From assembly GCA_963825055.1 (NCBI GenBank), contig CAWGSK010000012.1, positions 160,001 through 224,000 on the forward strand: a stretch of DNA of 64,000 nt, read 5' to 3'. Shown one piece after another: positions 37,445 through 49,819 of the stretch. The notes under the pieces were generated by a model. That model saw only the letters and a program-made list of their open reading frames with translations, ran no database searches and was not told where the DNA came from. Source of the DNA: an uncultured Gemmatimonadales bacterium (GTDB lineage: Bacteria; Gemmatimonadota; Gemmatimonadetes; Gemmatimonadales; GWC2-71-9). Every line of letters starts with the position of its first letter. The stretch's first letter is position 1. A program made the translations under genes and the position numbers.

Positions 37445-39457
37445 CTACTGCAGCCAGGTATCCAGCCAGTCCAGCACGCTGTTCCACCAGAGGCGACGGT
37501 CCCGGGGGGCGGTCACGAAGTGGCCGGCGTCAGGAAAGTACAGGAAGCGCCCGGGCAGGCCCCGCTGCTTCAGGGCGGTGTACGCCTGGAGGCTCTCGGA
37601 AAGGTCCACGCGGTAGTCGCGCTGTCCGTGGACGATCAGCATGGGCGTGGTCCAGCGGCCGGCAAAATTGGCCGGCGAGAACTTCTCCATGTTCGCCTGG
37701 GCAGCCCGGGAGAGCAGGGTGCCTCCGAACTCCCACGTTGGAAACCACAGCTCTTCGGTGGTGCCGGCAAAGCTCCGCAGGTTGAAGATGCCGTCGTGGG
37801 CGACCATCGCCTTGAATCGCGTGGTCTGTCCCGCCATCCAGTAGACCATGTACCCACCGTACGAGGCGCCGGCGGCCGCCATGCGGGTCGAGTCGATCCA
37901 GGGGAGCCGCGACAGCGAGTCCAGCCCCAGCATGAGGTCCTCGAACGGGTAGTCGCCCCAGTGCCGCGAGACCGTGTTGGTGAAGGTCTGGCCGTATCCC
38001 GTGGACCCGTGGAAGTTGACCGCCGCCACGACCCAGCCCCGCGACGCGAACAGCTGGTAGTTCCATCGCGCGTGCCACTGGTCCAGCCACGCACCCTGGG
38101 GCCCGCCATGGATCAGGTACACGAGGGGGTATCTGCGGTCGGGCCGAAAGCCGGGAGGCTTGAGGATCCAGCCGTGCACGGCATCGCCCAGCGCCCCCTT
38201 GAAGGAGAAGGGCTCGAGCGCGGGGAGGGTATAGGGCTCGGTCGCCTTGACCGAGACGTTTGACAGGGCCCGCAGGTTCCCGCCGTTGATGTCCGAGGCC
38301 CAGACCTCGGCCGGGCGGTTCGCCGACTGGCGCAGGAAGACGATCAGGTCCCCCCGCTCCGCCACCTGAACGGCCGAGTTCGTCCCGCCGCTCACGATCC
38401 GCTCCCGGGCACCATCGGGCAGCGCAATGCGGTACAGCGAGATGCCGCCTCTCTCCTCCACTTCCGCAATAAGCGCCCGCGAGTCCGGCTGCCAGGCGAT
38501 CGCCGAGGGCGAGAGCGGCCAGTCCGCGGTCAGCGAGAGCCGCCGGCCGGTGGCGCGCTCGTACAGCATCACCTGGCGCCGGTCCGACTCGAACCCCGGG
38601 ACCGCCGTGGCGAGATACGCGATCCAGCGGCTGTCCGGTGAATAGGTGGGGTTGTTGTCGTTGGCGGCACTGGTCGTGATCGCCTGCCGGCCGTTGCCCT
38701 CCGGGCCCATGACGAAGATGTCGTTGTTCGTGCCCAGCGCCGGCTGGCGGTCGGAGTTGATGGTCACGGCGATTTCGGTGCCAGGCCGGCTGACGGCAAC
38801 GTCCCGCCCGCCGAGGGCGAGGGTCGGGACGTCGAGGTCCATCGGTGCCAGGTCGCGGACGATCCCGGAGTCGAGCGTGACCCGGAACAGGTGCTGGCGG
38901 GTGCCGACCCGCCACGTGTTCCAGTGCCGGTAGAACAGGTCATCCCAGGTGCGCGCCCCGGTGGGGTAGGGATCCTCCGTCTCGCGGGGAGGCCAGGGGA
39001 CATCGGCGCTGAAGAAGAGCGCTTTTCCCGTCGGTGACCAGAGCAGCTCGTCGATTCCCGTGGTGACATCGGTGATGCGCCGGACCGTGCCGCTGTCCAC
39101 CCGGAGGACCCACGCCTGGGTGGAACCGCCGCGATCCGAGAGGAATGCGAGTGCGCGTCCGTCGGCCGACCACCGCGGTGCCCACTCATTGCCGCCACCC
39201 GGAGTGGCGGCGCGGGTGTTCTCCCCCGTGGGTTCGACGAGGTAGATCCGGCGGCTGGTGGTGTTGCCGACGAGGGCGGGCCGCGAAACCACGTAGGCGA
39301 CCAGGTTGCCGCTGGGCGCGGGCTGGGGATCGCTCACGACCGGCAGCTCGACGAATCGATCCACCGTGAGCGGACGGGCCTGTGCCGCAAGCACGGCAGG
39401 GCACAGGAGGAGTGCCAGGCCGGCCGCGGTGGCCGCGGTCCGGAGGTGACGCGTCAT
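37445..39457 (-). CDS. Exported S9 family peptidase (beta-propeller + alpha/beta hydrolase)
   Basis: Signal peptide; HGGPQ, GASYGG, DYRV, AGH. Confidence 0.92.
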   Translation of the reverse strand: MTRHLRTAATAAGLALLLCPAVLAAQARPLTVDRFVELPVVSDPQPAPSGNLVAYVVSRPALVGNTTSRRIYLVEPTGENTRAATPGGGNEWAPRWSADGRALAFLSDRGGSTQAWVLRVDSGTVRRITDVTTGIDELLWSPTGKALFFSADVPWPPRETEDPYPTGARTWDDLFYRHWNTWRVGTRQHLFRVTLDSGIVRDLAPMDLDVPTLALGGRDVAVSRPGTEIAVTINSDRQPALGTNNDIFVMGPEGNGRQAITTSAANDNNPTYSPDSRWIAYLATAVPGFESDRRQVMLYERATGRRLSLTADWPLSPSAIAWQPDSRALIAEVEERGGISLYRIALPDGARERIVSGGTNSAVQVAERGDLIVFLRQSANRPAEVWASDINGGNLRALSNVSVKATEPYTLPALEPFSFKGALGDAVHGWILKPPGFRPDRRYPLVYLIHGGPQGAWLDQWHARWNYQLFASRGWVVAAVNFHGSTGYGQTFTNTVSRHWGDYPFEDLMLGLDSLSRLPWIDSTRMAAAGASYGGYMVYWMAGQTTRFKAMVAHDGIFNLRSFAGTTEELWFPTWEFGGTLLSRAAQANMEKFSPANFAGRWTTPMLIVHGQRDYRVDLSESLQAYTALKQRGLPGRFLYFPDAGHFVTAPRDRRLWWNSVLDWLDTWLQ

Positions 39458-39458
39458 G

Positions 39459-40568
39459 TCAGGCGCTGGAGGCGAGTACGGGGAGGCTGTCCATGCGCCG
39501 GCCGGCGTGTTCCCGCTGGATGATCCCGCCTCCCAGCACCTGCTCACCACGATAGAGCACGCCGGACTGGCCGGGAGTTACTGCGCGGGCCGGTTCTGCA
39601 AGGGCCAGGTCCAGGCGTCCCCGGTCCGCAGCCAGGACCGTGGCGGGCACGGGACGAGAGCGGTACCGGATCTGCACCAGGCAGCGGTCGCCCTCCTCGA
39701 GCGGACCGGCCAGCCAGTTCACCTCGTCCAGCAGCACGCGATGACCCGCAAGGTCCTCCTCGTGGCCCACGACCACCTCGCGCGTCCCGGGCCGGATGGC
39801 GACGACGTAGCGTGCCCGGTCCGCGCCTCCCGGGAGTCCACGGCGCTGCCCGATGGTATACCGGGCGTAGCCCGCGTGCTCACCGATGACCTGGCCGGCC
39901 GTGTCCACGAACGGGCCGGCGGAGAGTGCCGGTGCGCCGGCCGGGAGGTGCTGCTCCAGGACGCCCACGTAGTTGCCATCGGGGACGAAACAGATCTCCA
40001 CCGACTCCGGCTTGTCGGCCGTCGCGAGGCCCATCGCGCGCGCGCGATGTCGCGTCTCCGCCTTGGTCAGGTGCCCGACCGGCGTGAGCATTCGCGCGAC
40101 CACGGCCTGGTCGATGCCCCAGAGGAAATAGCTCTGGTCCTTGTTGCGGTCACGCCCGCGGTGGAGCGCACCGGCTTCCGCGACGGCGTAGTGCCCGGTG
40201 GCAATCCAGCGGCAGTCGAGTGCGTCCGCGTGGGCCAGGAGGTCGCGGAACTTGGTGAAGGAGTTGCAGCGGACGCACGGGATCGGGGTCCGTCCCGCGC
40301 TGTACTCGCGGACGAAGTCACCGATGACATCGGCGCCGAAGCGGTCCTCGAGGTTCAGGACGTAGTGGGGGATGCCCAGGCGATGCGCGACGGCGCGCGC
40401 GTCATTGATCGAATCGAGCGAGCAGCACGGGCGGTCGGGCACGTCCTCGCCATAGCAGAACAGCTTCATGGTGGCGCCGATGACCTCATAGCCCTGCTCA
40501 ACGAGCAGGGCCGCGGCCACGCTGCTGTCCACGCCCCCCGACATGGCGACCAGCACCCGCTCACGCAC
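39459..40568 (-). CDS. mnmA: tRNA 2-thiouridine(34) synthase
   Basis: [42 protein letters not shown]. Confidence 0.95.
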   Translation of the reverse strand: MRERVLVAMSGGVDSSVAAALLVEQGYEVIGATMKLFCYGEDVPDRPCCSLDSINDARAVAHRLGIPHYVLNLEDRFGADVIGDFVREYSAGRTPIPCVRCNSFTKFRDLLAHADALDCRWIATGHYAVAEAGALHRGRDRNKDQSYFLWGIDQAVVARMLTPVGHLTKAETRHRARAMGLATADKPESVEICFVPDGNYVGVLEQHLPAGAPALSAGPFVDTAGQVIGEHAGYARYTIGQRRGLPGGADRARYVVAIRPGTREVVVGHEEDLAGHRVLLDEVNWLAGPLEEGDRCLVQIRYRSRPVPATVLAADRGRLDLALAEPARAVTPGQSGVLYRGEQVLGGGIIQREHAGRRMDSLPVLASSA

Positions 40569-41739
40569 GGCCGAGCACTCCCGCGAGCTTACGGACCTTC
40601 TCGACGACGCCGGGCAGGACCGCGAGGGTCGTGTCGATGTCGGCGTCCCGCGTTGCGTGGCCCAGGCTGAACCGGATCGTACCGAGGGCCAGGTCGCGCC
40701 GCAGGCCCATCGCCGTGAGGACATGGGACGGCTCGACCGCCCCCGTGCTGCACGCCGAGCCGCCGGAAACCGCGACACCCGCGAGGTCGAAGTGCATGAG
40801 CAGCGCTTCGCTGTCGGTGCCGGGGAAGCTGACGCTCAGGATATGCGGTGCCCGGGCGACCGCCGGCCCGTTGATCCCGATGTCCGGGACGGCCGCCGCG
40901 ATCCCCTCTGCCAGGCGGGTCCGCAGCGCGTCCAGCCGGCGGGCCTCCGCTTCCTGTTCCGCCACCGCCAGCGATGCCGCGCGACCGAGCGCCACCGCGC
41001 CAGCCACGTTCTCCGTGCCCGGTCGGACGCCGAACTGCTGCCCGCCGCCGTGGATGATCGCCTCCACCGCCTTGCGGTCGCGCACGACGAGGGCGCCGAC
41101 ACCCTTGGGGGCCCCGATCTTGTGCCCGGACATGGTAAGCAGGGTGCAGGGGAGGTCCGTCAGCGAGACCGGGATCTTCCCGAAGGCCTGGACGGCGTCA
41201 GTGTGAAAGAAGACGCCGGCGTCGCTGCAGCGCCGCGCGATCTCCTCCACGGGCTGTATCGCACCGACCTCGTTGTTCACCCACATGACAGAGACCACGC
41301 TCGGCCGGACCTCGAGCGCGCGTTCGAGCGCGGCAAGATCCAGCAGGCCTTCGCCGCTTACCGGCAGGATCGTTTCCTCGCCGCCCAGGTGGCAGACGGC
41401 GTGGGCCGCGGCGAGGGCGGCCTTGTGCTCGATCGCGGAGACCGCGACGTGCATGGGGGCACCGCGGTCCCGGGCCGCGAGCGCCCCGCCGATGATGGCC
41501 AGGTTGTCGGCCTCGGTTCCCCCGGAGGTGAAGATGACCTGGTTCGGCTCCACGCCGAGCGACTCCGCCACCTCGCGTTTGGCACCCTCGAGCCCCGCCC
41601 GGGCGGTCCGCCCGAACTTGTGGGCACTCGAAGGGTTCCCGAAGGCTGCCGTCCCGAGGAAGGGAAGCATCGCCTCCAGCACCTCCGGCCTGACCGGCGT
41701 GGTGGCGGCGTGGTCGAGATAGATGGATGGCTTGGTCAT
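40561..41739 (-). CDS. iscS: Cysteine desulfurase (IscS/NifS group I)
   Basis: [36 protein letters not shown]. Confidence 0.92.
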   Translation of the reverse strand: MTKPSIYLDHAATTPVRPEVLEAMLPFLGTAAFGNPSSAHKFGRTARAGLEGAKREVAESLGVEPNQVIFTSGGTEADNLAIIGGALAARDRGAPMHVAVSAIEHKAALAAAHAVCHLGGEETILPVSGEGLLDLAALERALEVRPSVVSVMWVNNEVGAIQPVEEIARRCSDAGVFFHTDAVQAFGKIPVSLTDLPCTLLTMSGHKIGAPKGVGALVVRDRKAVEAIIHGGGQQFGVRPGTENVAGAVALGRAASLAVAEQEAEARRLDALRTRLAEGIAAAVPDIGINGPAVARAPHILSVSFPGTDSEALLMHFDLAGVAVSGGSACSTGAVEPSHVLTAMGLRRDLALGTIRFSLGHATRDADIDTTLAVLPGVVEKVRKLAGVLGRA

Positions 41740-41761
41740 GAAGGAAAGATAAGGCGGAGAG

Positions 41762-41850
41762 GGGGGATCGGGTATCGCGTGTCGGGTATGGGGAGTCGGA
41801 AGTGGACTGAGGAGTTGCGATTCCCGATTCACCCGATGCCCGGCTCGCGG
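41762..41850. repeat. Degenerate heptamer tandem repeats (GG[A/T]RTCG-like) with partial inverted copies
   Basis: gggatcg/ggtatcg/cgtgtcg/ggtatgg/ggagtcg ... cgattcc/cgattca. Confidence 0.6.
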
Positions 41851-41853
41851 TTG

Positions 41854-42576
41854 TCACATGCTCTCCACCTCCAGCCCCACCACGTCCTCCACCAGCATTG
41901 TCTCATGGGTGAAGTACGGCTCGCCGTATCGGCGCCGGATGAGGGAGCCGTAGTGCGCGCTCTGGGTCGTCACCAGGCTGTACAGGTCCTGACCGGTCGG
42001 GAAAATCTCTCCCGCTGCCATGGCGCCCTCGAACTGGCTTCGGTAGCAGCGGATTGCTTCCATCTTGCGGTCGAACTGGTCGGTGATGTCGACCACGAAC
42101 GAAGGCTTCACCGGATCCTCCCGGTAGGCCAGCGCGTAGAGGACCTTGTGGGGGCGGTGGCGCTCGCCGCCCGCATCGTAACGGGCGAGTCCAGCGAGGA
42201 AGCAGGCATCCCGCCCGAGCTCGCTGGCCACGCGATGATCCGGGTGGCGCCCGACGGGAAAGGGCAGGATGACGACGCGCGGGGCAAAGTGGCGGATCTG
42301 CTCCACGACGATGCGGCGCATCGCATCGGTGTTCGCGAGGTGCGCGTCGGGCAGGCCGGCGTTCCGGCGCTCGACCACCCCCAGCACCTCGGCGGCGGCC
42401 GCAGCTTCCTCCGCCCGGAGTTCCGCGCTGCCGCGGGTGCCGGTCTCACCGGCGGTGAGGTCCAATATCCCCGTACGATGGCCCTGGTCCTTCGCCCGGA
42501 GCAGCGTTCCTCCGCAGGTCAGCTCAACGTCGTCCCGATGGGCGGCGATGGCGAGGATATCGACTGGCATGGGCAT
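41854..42576 (-). CDS. bshB1: Bacillithiol biosynthesis deacetylase BshB1 (PIG-L family); start 42576 or 42570
   Basis: AHRDDVELTCGGT, LTAGETGTRG, RHPDH, YRSQF, YGEPY. Confidence 0.85.
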   Translation of the reverse strand: MPMPVDILAIAAHRDDVELTCGGTLLRAKDQGHRTGILDLTAGETGTRGSAELRAEEAAAAAEVLGVVERRNAGLPDAHLANTDAMRRIVVEQIRHFAPRVVILPFPVGRHPDHRVASELGRDACFLAGLARYDAGGERHRPHKVLYALAYREDPVKPSFVVDITDQFDRKMEAIRCYRSQFEGAMAAGEIFPTGQDLYSLVTTQSAHYGSLIRRRYGEPYFTHETMLVEDVVGLEVESM

Positions 42577-42618
42577 GAACGGTAAAGGGTGAGAGGGGAA
42601 AGGTGAAGCGCGGAGTAC

Positions 42619-42703
42619 GGCAAGCGGCAAGTGGCGAGTGGCAAGTGGCAAGTGGCAAGTGGATCTCTCCGCCATCCTCCACTTGCCACTTGCCACTTGC
42701 CAC
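42619..42703. repeat. Heptamer (GGCAAGT) array: 6 direct and 3 inverted copies forming a 26-bp perfect hairpin
   Basis: 42638-42663 is the exact reverse complement of 42678-42703; 14-nt loop. Confidence 0.92.
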
Positions 42704-42710
42704 GTTCGGT

Positions 42711-43949
42711 CTACTCGTGCCTCAACGCCTCCACCGGGTCCATCCGGGCGGCGCGGTTGGCGGGGTAGAGGCCGAAGACCAGGCCGATCGCAACGCTGAC
42801 GGCGGCGGCCAGGCCGGCGCTCCAGAGCGGGACCGGGGCGGTGAAGCCGAGCAGGCCCTTGAGGGCAGCGCCGACCCCGAGCCCCACGCCGATCCCGATC
42901 AGGCCGCCGAGCAGCGTCAGGGTGGCCGACTCCACGAGAAACTGCCAGAGAATTTCGCGTCGCCGGGCCCCGAGGGCCTTCCGGAGGCCGATTTCCCGTG
43001 TGCGGTTGGTGACCGAGACCATCATGATGGCCATCACCCCGATCCCGCCCACCAGCAGGGCCACGCTCGAGAGGGCGACCATCACCGCGAAGAACGCGGT
43101 GGTCAGGTTATTGATGGTATCCAGGATCTGGTCCTGGGTCAGCAGGTCGAAATTGTCGGGCATCCCGGGTCGCAGCTTCCTCGCCCGGCGGAGGGCGACG
43201 GTGACCCGGTCCTGCGCCTCGCTGACCGGCAAGTCCGGGTCGCCCTTCACGGAGATGAAGAGACTGTTGGTCTCATCGTACCGGAAGTTGTACCTGGCTG
43301 TTCGGAACGGGACGATGCCGCCGGTCTGCTGGCCCGGGGGCTCGAAGATATTGTCGGGACGCTGGTAGATCCCGATCACGCGGAGCGCCGTGCCGCCGAC
43401 CCGCACGACTTTCCCGAGCGGGTCGATGCGGCCGAAGATGTGGTCGGCGGTTTCATCGGTCAGCACGACGACGGGCTCGCCCGACAACTCGCTCCGCGTG
43501 AAGAACCGGCCCCGGAGGAGGGTTCCTCCCTGGATGTCCATATAGCCGTCATCGGCCCCCCAGATGATGATCTGCTGGGTCCGCGCGCCGCGGTACTCCA
43601 CCCGCTGAAACACCTGCACCCAGAGTGACGCGTAGCGGATACCGTCCACGTCGTTGATGGCCGCCACGTCGGCCTCATCCACCACCGGGCGAATCCGGAC
43701 CTCGTAGGGCAGGTTGTTGGGGTCGAGCGGGGTCTGGCTGAAGTAGCGCAGTACATAGAACGCGGTGGGGCCGGCCGTCTCGAGCGTATTGAAGATCTGG
43801 GTGCGGATGCCCTGGACGATCGAGGCCATCGCCATGACCGTCGCCACGCCGATTACCACGCCGAGGATGGTGAGCGCGGAACGCAGCTTGTTCGCGCCCA
43901 TCGCCTCCAGGGCGAGGATGATGCCTTCTCCCACCTGTCCGGCACGCAT
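42711..43949 (-). CDS. MacB/FtsX-type ABC transporter permease
   Basis: RSALTILGVVIGV, VGGIGVMAIM, RTREIGLRKALGA, PANRAARMDPVEALR. Confidence 0.92.
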   Translation of the reverse strand: MRAGQVGEGIILALEAMGANKLRSALTILGVVIGVATVMAMASIVQGIRTQIFNTLETAGPTAFYVLRYFSQTPLDPNNLPYEVRIRPVVDEADVAAINDVDGIRYASLWVQVFQRVEYRGARTQQIIIWGADDGYMDIQGGTLLRGRFFTRSELSGEPVVVLTDETADHIFGRIDPLGKVVRVGGTALRVIGIYQRPDNIFEPPGQQTGGIVPFRTARYNFRYDETNSLFISVKGDPDLPVSEAQDRVTVALRRARKLRPGMPDNFDLLTQDQILDTINNLTTAFFAVMVALSSVALLVGGIGVMAIMMVSVTNRTREIGLRKALGARRREILWQFLVESATLTLLGGLIGIGVGLGVGAALKGLLGFTAPVPLWSAGLAAAVSVAIGLVFGLYPANRAARMDPVEALRHE

Positions 43950-43950
43950 G

Positions 43951-45195
<1,245 letters not shown>

Positions 45196-45336
45196 GACAA
45201 CAAGATATGCGGGGCGCGGCGACTGGGGAGGCTGCAGGCGGGGCGTTGAGCGACGGCATGGGGCGGGCTGGGAGCGGTCCCAGGCGTTTCCCCGGGATAT
45301 AGCTATTCGCCCTTCACCATTCGCGACTCGCTGCCC

Positions 45337-46596
45337 CTACTCGTATCGCAGTGCCTCCACCGGATCCAGCCGCGACGCGCGACTGGCCGGGTACATGCCG
45401 AACAGCACGCCGGTGCAGATCGATGCGAGGACCGCCGCGACGACCGAGCCCAGGGGAATGGTGGCGGGGATCGGCGTGAGGGCGCGGGCCAGCCATGCCA
45501 CGAGCGCGCCCAGCCCCATGCCGACCATGCAGCCCACCAGCGTGAGCGTGGCGGCCTCCACGAGGAACTGGAACATGATTTCGCGCCGGGTGGCGCCCAG
45601 GGCCTTGCGGACGCCGATCTCCCGCGTCCGCTCCGTGACCGAGATCATCATGATGGCCACCACGCCCACGCCGCCCACCATGAGGCCGACGCTGGAGAGC
45701 GCGATCATGACGAGGAAAAAGCCCTTGGTGACGTTATTGAAGCTCTCCAGGAACTTGTCCTGGGTCACGATGGCAAAGTTGTTCTCCTGGCTCGGCTTCA
45801 GGCCGCGACTGCCACGGAGCGACGCCGTGACGGCGTCCTGCGCCTCGGCCACGGTCACGTTCTCCGACGGCATCACGGAGATCGACATCCAGCCCTTCCA
45901 GTAGTCCGCCACCTTGGTGAATGTCGTGTGCGGAATGGCCAGGCGGGGCTGGCCCCCGCCCCCGAAGAGCGAGGCGGCCTCGACGTGCAGGCCGATGACC
46001 TCGAAGGGCTCGCCGAAGACCTTGATCCGCTTGCCGATCGGATCGAGGCCGGGGAAGAGGTTCTCCGCGAGCTTGTCGTTGATGACGGCCACCCGGGCGC
46101 TCGAGGCATATTCGACCGGCGTGAAGCTCCGCCCCGCCTTGATCTCCCCGCCCGTGACCAGGACCCAGCTCACCCCGAAGCCGCCGACGCTGACACTGCT
46201 GAGCGAGGTACCATCGTAGCTGACAGGGCCGCTCGTGCCCTCGTCCACCGATACGTCGGTGATCTCGGGCAGCCGGCGGATCTGCTCGGCTTCATCGACC
46301 GTAATCCAGGGATTCTTCCGCCACGGCGACAGTTCGTCGCTGCCGTCCGAAAGGTTGATGCCCCCGGAGAAATACCGGAACACGAAAAAGGTCCGCGGGC
46401 CTGCGGTCTCCAACATGGCGGTCACGCTGTTGTTGATGCCGGTGATCATCGACCCGATGGCAATCACCACCATCACGCCGATCGCCACCCCGAGGATGGT
46501 GAGGGCGGCCCGGACCTTGTTGGAGCGGATGCTGTCGATCGCGATGCCTACGCCCTCGAGCAGCCGGGCGGGGGAGAGCAGGGTGATTCGGCTCAT
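45337..46596 (-). CDS. MacB/FtsX-type ABC transporter permease
   Basis: RAALTILGVAIGV, ERTREIGVRKALGA, PASRASRLDPVEALR. Confidence 0.92.
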   Translation of the reverse strand: MSRITLLSPARLLEGVGIAIDSIRSNKVRAALTILGVAIGVMVVIAIGSMITGINNSVTAMLETAGPRTFFVFRYFSGGINLSDGSDELSPWRKNPWITVDEAEQIRRLPEITDVSVDEGTSGPVSYDGTSLSSVSVGGFGVSWVLVTGGEIKAGRSFTPVEYASSARVAVINDKLAENLFPGLDPIGKRIKVFGEPFEVIGLHVEAASLFGGGGQPRLAIPHTTFTKVADYWKGWMSISVMPSENVTVAEAQDAVTASLRGSRGLKPSQENNFAIVTQDKFLESFNNVTKGFFLVMIALSSVGLMVGGVGVVAIMMISVTERTREIGVRKALGATRREIMFQFLVEAATLTLVGCMVGMGLGALVAWLARALTPIPATIPLGSVVAAVLASICTGVLFGMYPASRASRLDPVEALRYE

Positions 46597-47831
46597 TCGG
46601 ACCTCAGGGCGACGATGGGGTCGAGCCTGGCGGCGCGCCACGCGGGATAGACGCCGGCGAGGATGCCGACGGACATCCCCAGGGCCACGCCCACGACAAC
46701 GGACCAGGGGGCAACGGCGGCGGGGAGCGGCGTGGCCGCCTTCACCAGGAACGCCAGCCCGATGCCGAGCATGACGCCCATGGCCGCGCCCGCGGTGGAA
46801 AGCGTGGTCGACTCGGCAATGAACTGCGCGACGATGTCCCGTCGCTTGGCACCGAGTGCCTTGCGGATGCCGATCTCACGGGTCCGCTCGGCCACCGCCA
46901 TGAGCATGATGTTCATGATAACGATCCCCCCCACCACCAGGGAAATCGACACGAGCGCCGGGCCCAGCATGAACAGGATCTTGGAGATGTTGTCCCAGAA
47001 CCCCAGGGCCTCCGCCGCTGTCTGCACGGTGAAGTTGTTTTCCTGCTGGGGCTTCAGCCCGCGACGCGTCCGCATCAGGGCCTCGACCTCGGCCGTGGCT
47101 GCCGGCAGGTTCTCGGCGGATGTATTGATGATGAGCTCGTCAAGGATGTTGATCGGGCAGATCAGGCGCCGGCCCGGCGCGCTGAACGGCATGATCGCGA
47201 ACTTGTCCTGCGAAAGGCCGAAGAGCGTGCCCTGCTTCTCGACGACCCCGATCACGCGGTAAGGGATCCCGCCGATCCATACACGCTGCCGCAGCGGGTC
47301 GAGCCCGGGGAAGAGACGCTCGGCCACGAGGTCGCCGATGACGACCACGGGCATGCCCGCCTTCACTTCCTGCGGGCTGAATGGCCGGCCCTGCGCCAGC
47401 CGGTAGTCCTTGAGCTCGAAATACGTCGGCTCGGTCCCGCGCAGCTCGATGTCCTTCGCGGCCTTCCCGCCGGCCATGAGGTCCACCCGGTCCGCACAGT
47501 AACGCGCGAAGGTGGCCGGGACGGTCATCCGTTCCTCGACGTAGTCCGCGTCGCCGACGCTGATCCGGGGCCGCCGGAACCATTCGCGCCAGGTCTCGTC
47601 ACTCACATTGCCGCTGACGAAGTCGGGGCGCTGGCGCAGCTGGAAACTGTTGAGCCCGCCGAGCGCATCCGTGACGCTGCTCTCGACGTACACGTTCATG
47701 CCCTGCACGATCGACACGACCGCGATCAGGAACGTGACGCCGATCAGCACGCCGATCAGCGAGAAGAAGCTCTTCAGTTTCTGGCTGCGGATGGCCGTGA
47801 GGGCCATGCGGATCGCCTCGAGAATCGGCAT
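46593..47831 (-). CDS. MacB/FtsX-type ABC transporter permease
   Basis: KSFFSLIGV, VGGIVIMNIM, ERTREIG, PAWRAARLDPIVALR. Confidence 0.92.
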   Translation of the reverse strand: MPILEAIRMALTAIRSQKLKSFFSLIGVLIGVTFLIAVVSIVQGMNVYVESSVTDALGGLNSFQLRQRPDFVSGNVSDETWREWFRRPRISVGDADYVEERMTVPATFARYCADRVDLMAGGKAAKDIELRGTEPTYFELKDYRLAQGRPFSPQEVKAGMPVVVIGDLVAERLFPGLDPLRQRVWIGGIPYRVIGVVEKQGTLFGLSQDKFAIMPFSAPGRRLICPINILDELIINTSAENLPAATAEVEALMRTRRGLKPQQENNFTVQTAAEALGFWDNISKILFMLGPALVSISLVVGGIVIMNIMLMAVAERTREIGIRKALGAKRRDIVAQFIAESTTLSTAGAAMGVMLGIGLAFLVKAATPLPAAVAPWSVVVGVALGMSVGILAGVYPAWRAARLDPIVALRSE

Positions 47832-47832
47832 C

Positions 47833-48537
47833 TCAGGCCGCGACCACGGAGGCGTTCGGGGTGTCCTCGGCGATGGCCCCGTCCCGGATCACCACCAGCC
47901 GGTGCGCGTAGGCCGCCACCGAGGGCTCGTGGGTGACCAGTACGACGGTCTGGCCCTGGGCCTGAAGCTGGCCGAACACCCGCAGGATTTCCTCGCTGGT
48001 GGTGCTGTCGAGGTTGCCCGTCGGCTCGTCAGCCAGCAGGATGCTCGGCTCGTTGACGAGGGCCCGCGCAATGGCAACCCGCTGGCGCTGGCCGCCGGAG
48101 AGCTCGTTGGGCCGGTGGTGCATCCGGCTGCCGAGGCCCACCCGCTCCAGAGCGTGCTGGGCCTTCCGGCGCCGCTCGGCCGAGCTGGCGCCCGCGTACA
48201 CCAGCGGCAGCTCCACGTTGTGCAGGGCGGTGGCGCGGGGCAGGAGATTGAAGGTCTGGAATACGAAGCCGATCTCGCGGTTCCGCACGCGGGCCAGCGC
48301 ATCGTCCGGCAGCCGGCTCACCTCCTGCCCGTTGAGCCAGTACTCCCCGCCCGAAGGCGTATCGAGGCATCCCAGCAGATTCATGAAGGTGGACTTGCCG
48401 GAGCCCGACGGCCCCATGATCGCCACGTACTCGTTGCGCCGGATGTCGAGCGTCACCCCGCGGAGCGCATGGACGGTCTCGCCGCCCATGCGGTACTCAC
48501 GGCGGAGGTCCTCCACCCGGATGATCAGGTCGCTCAT
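47833..48537 (-). CDS. ABC transporter ATP-binding protein (MacB/LolD-type)
   Basis: [30 protein letters not shown]. Confidence 0.95.
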   Translation of the reverse strand: MSDLIIRVEDLRREYRMGGETVHALRGVTLDIRRNEYVAIMGPSGSGKSTFMNLLGCLDTPSGGEYWLNGQEVSRLPDDALARVRNREIGFVFQTFNLLPRATALHNVELPLVYAGASSAERRRKAQHALERVGLGSRMHHRPNELSGGQRQRVAIARALVNEPSILLADEPTGNLDSTTSEEILRVFGQLQAQGQTVVLVTHEPSVAAYAHRLVVIRDGAIAEDTPNASVVAA

Positions 48538-49799
48538 TCCGGGCCCCCCTGCGCGCTGACGGTCATCGCGCGCACGCGGGCGCTGTCCTTCAGGTCGCGA
48601 ATCGCCTGGTAGGTCCCGGCCACAATACTGTCGCCCTCCTGGACGCCGCTCAGCACCTCGAAAGCGTTCTCACCCGCGATACCGATCTTGACCGGCGTGA
48701 AGGTCGCCACACCACCCTTGACCGCGAACACGCCCTCGGTCTCCTTCGTTTTCCCGGCCTTCGCCGTGTCCCGCTTCACCGACTCGTTCGGGACCGCCTC
48801 GTGCTGTCGCACGGTCAGGGCGATGATCGGGATGCTCAGCGCGTCGTTCCGGGTATCGGTGATGATCTTGGCAGTGCAGCTCAGGTCCGGCCGGATCTGC
48901 TCCGGGGCGTTCTCGACCGTGACTTCCACGTCGAAATCCACCGCGCGGTCCTGGCTGCCGCTCGAGGTCTGGGTGGCCGTGAGCTGCGCGCTGTTGCTGA
49001 TGTCGGTGACCCGGCCGATGAAGGTCGTATCCGGGAAGGCATCGATCGTTACCGCCACCGAGTCTCCCAACGCGAGCCGGATCACGTCGGTTTCATCCAC
49101 CTGCACCTTGGCCAGAATCACCGACAGGTCCGCCACGGTCATCAGGAGGCCGGTCTCCCGCGAGAACGTCCCAGGCACCGCGACCTCACCCTCCTCCACC
49201 GCGAGCCGCACGACGCGCCCGTCGATCGGGGAGACCAGACGGGTCTTGGACAGGTTGTCCCGGGCCTCGGCCACACCCGCCCGCGCCTGCTCCACCTGCG
49301 CCTGGGAGGCATTGACGTTGGCCTCGGCCACCTGCTTCGACGTCTCGGCCTGCTCGACGGCCTCGTCCGAGATCAGCGAGGTGCCGGAGAGCTTGAGGTC
49401 ACGGGCCCGACGGAGCGCCCGGTCCGAGGCATCCAGATTGGCCCGGGCCTGCACCAGGGAGGCCTGGCTCGAGGCCAGCAGCGCTGCCGCCCGCGACACG
49501 GCGGCCTCGTACTGCGACGGGTCGATCTGGATGAGGAACTGGCCCTTGCGGACCACGTCTCCCTCCTTGACCGCGATCCGCGTGATGCGGCCGGTGATGT
49601 CGGCGCTGATATCCACCGAGGTCTTGGCTTCGATCCGGCCGCTCGCCGTGACCGATGCGACGAGATCCTGGCGCTTCACGGTGTCCATCCGGACGTCCAC
49701 CGCGCCCTTGTTCCCCCGGGCGGCGCCCAGGATCAGGGGCACGCCGATGGCGGCGATGATCAGGATCGAGAAGAGGCCGAGCTTCATGCGACGCGACAT
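48534..49799 (-). CDS. Efflux periplasmic adaptor subunit (MacA/HlyD-like)
   Basis: N-terminal TM, lipoyl halves ([16 protein letters not shown]), coiled-coil hairpin, VDETD. Confidence 0.92.
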   Translation of the reverse strand: MSRRMKLGLFSILIIAAIGVPLILGAARGNKGAVDVRMDTVKRQDLVASVTASGRIEAKTSVDISADITGRITRIAVKEGDVVRKGQFLIQIDPSQYEAAVSRAAALLASSQASLVQARANLDASDRALRRARDLKLSGTSLISDEAVEQAETSKQVAEANVNASQAQVEQARAGVAEARDNLSKTRLVSPIDGRVVRLAVEEGEVAVPGTFSRETGLLMTVADLSVILAKVQVDETDVIRLALGDSVAVTIDAFPDTTFIGRVTDISNSAQLTATQTSSGSQDRAVDFDVEVTVENAPEQIRPDLSCTAKIITDTRNDALSIPIIALTVRQHEAVPNESVKRDTAKAGKTKETEGVFAVKGGVATFTPVKIGIAGENAFEVLSGVQEGDSIVAGTYQAIRDLKDSARVRAMTVSAQGGPE

Positions 49800-49819
49800 G
49801 GGCGCTGTCCTTGTGGGTT

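Noticed and set aside
35743..37785. 680-aa plus-strand ORF (also 40543-42585 and similar)
   Set aside because: Antisense to ppk1 and iscS/bshB1, which carry clear family motifs.
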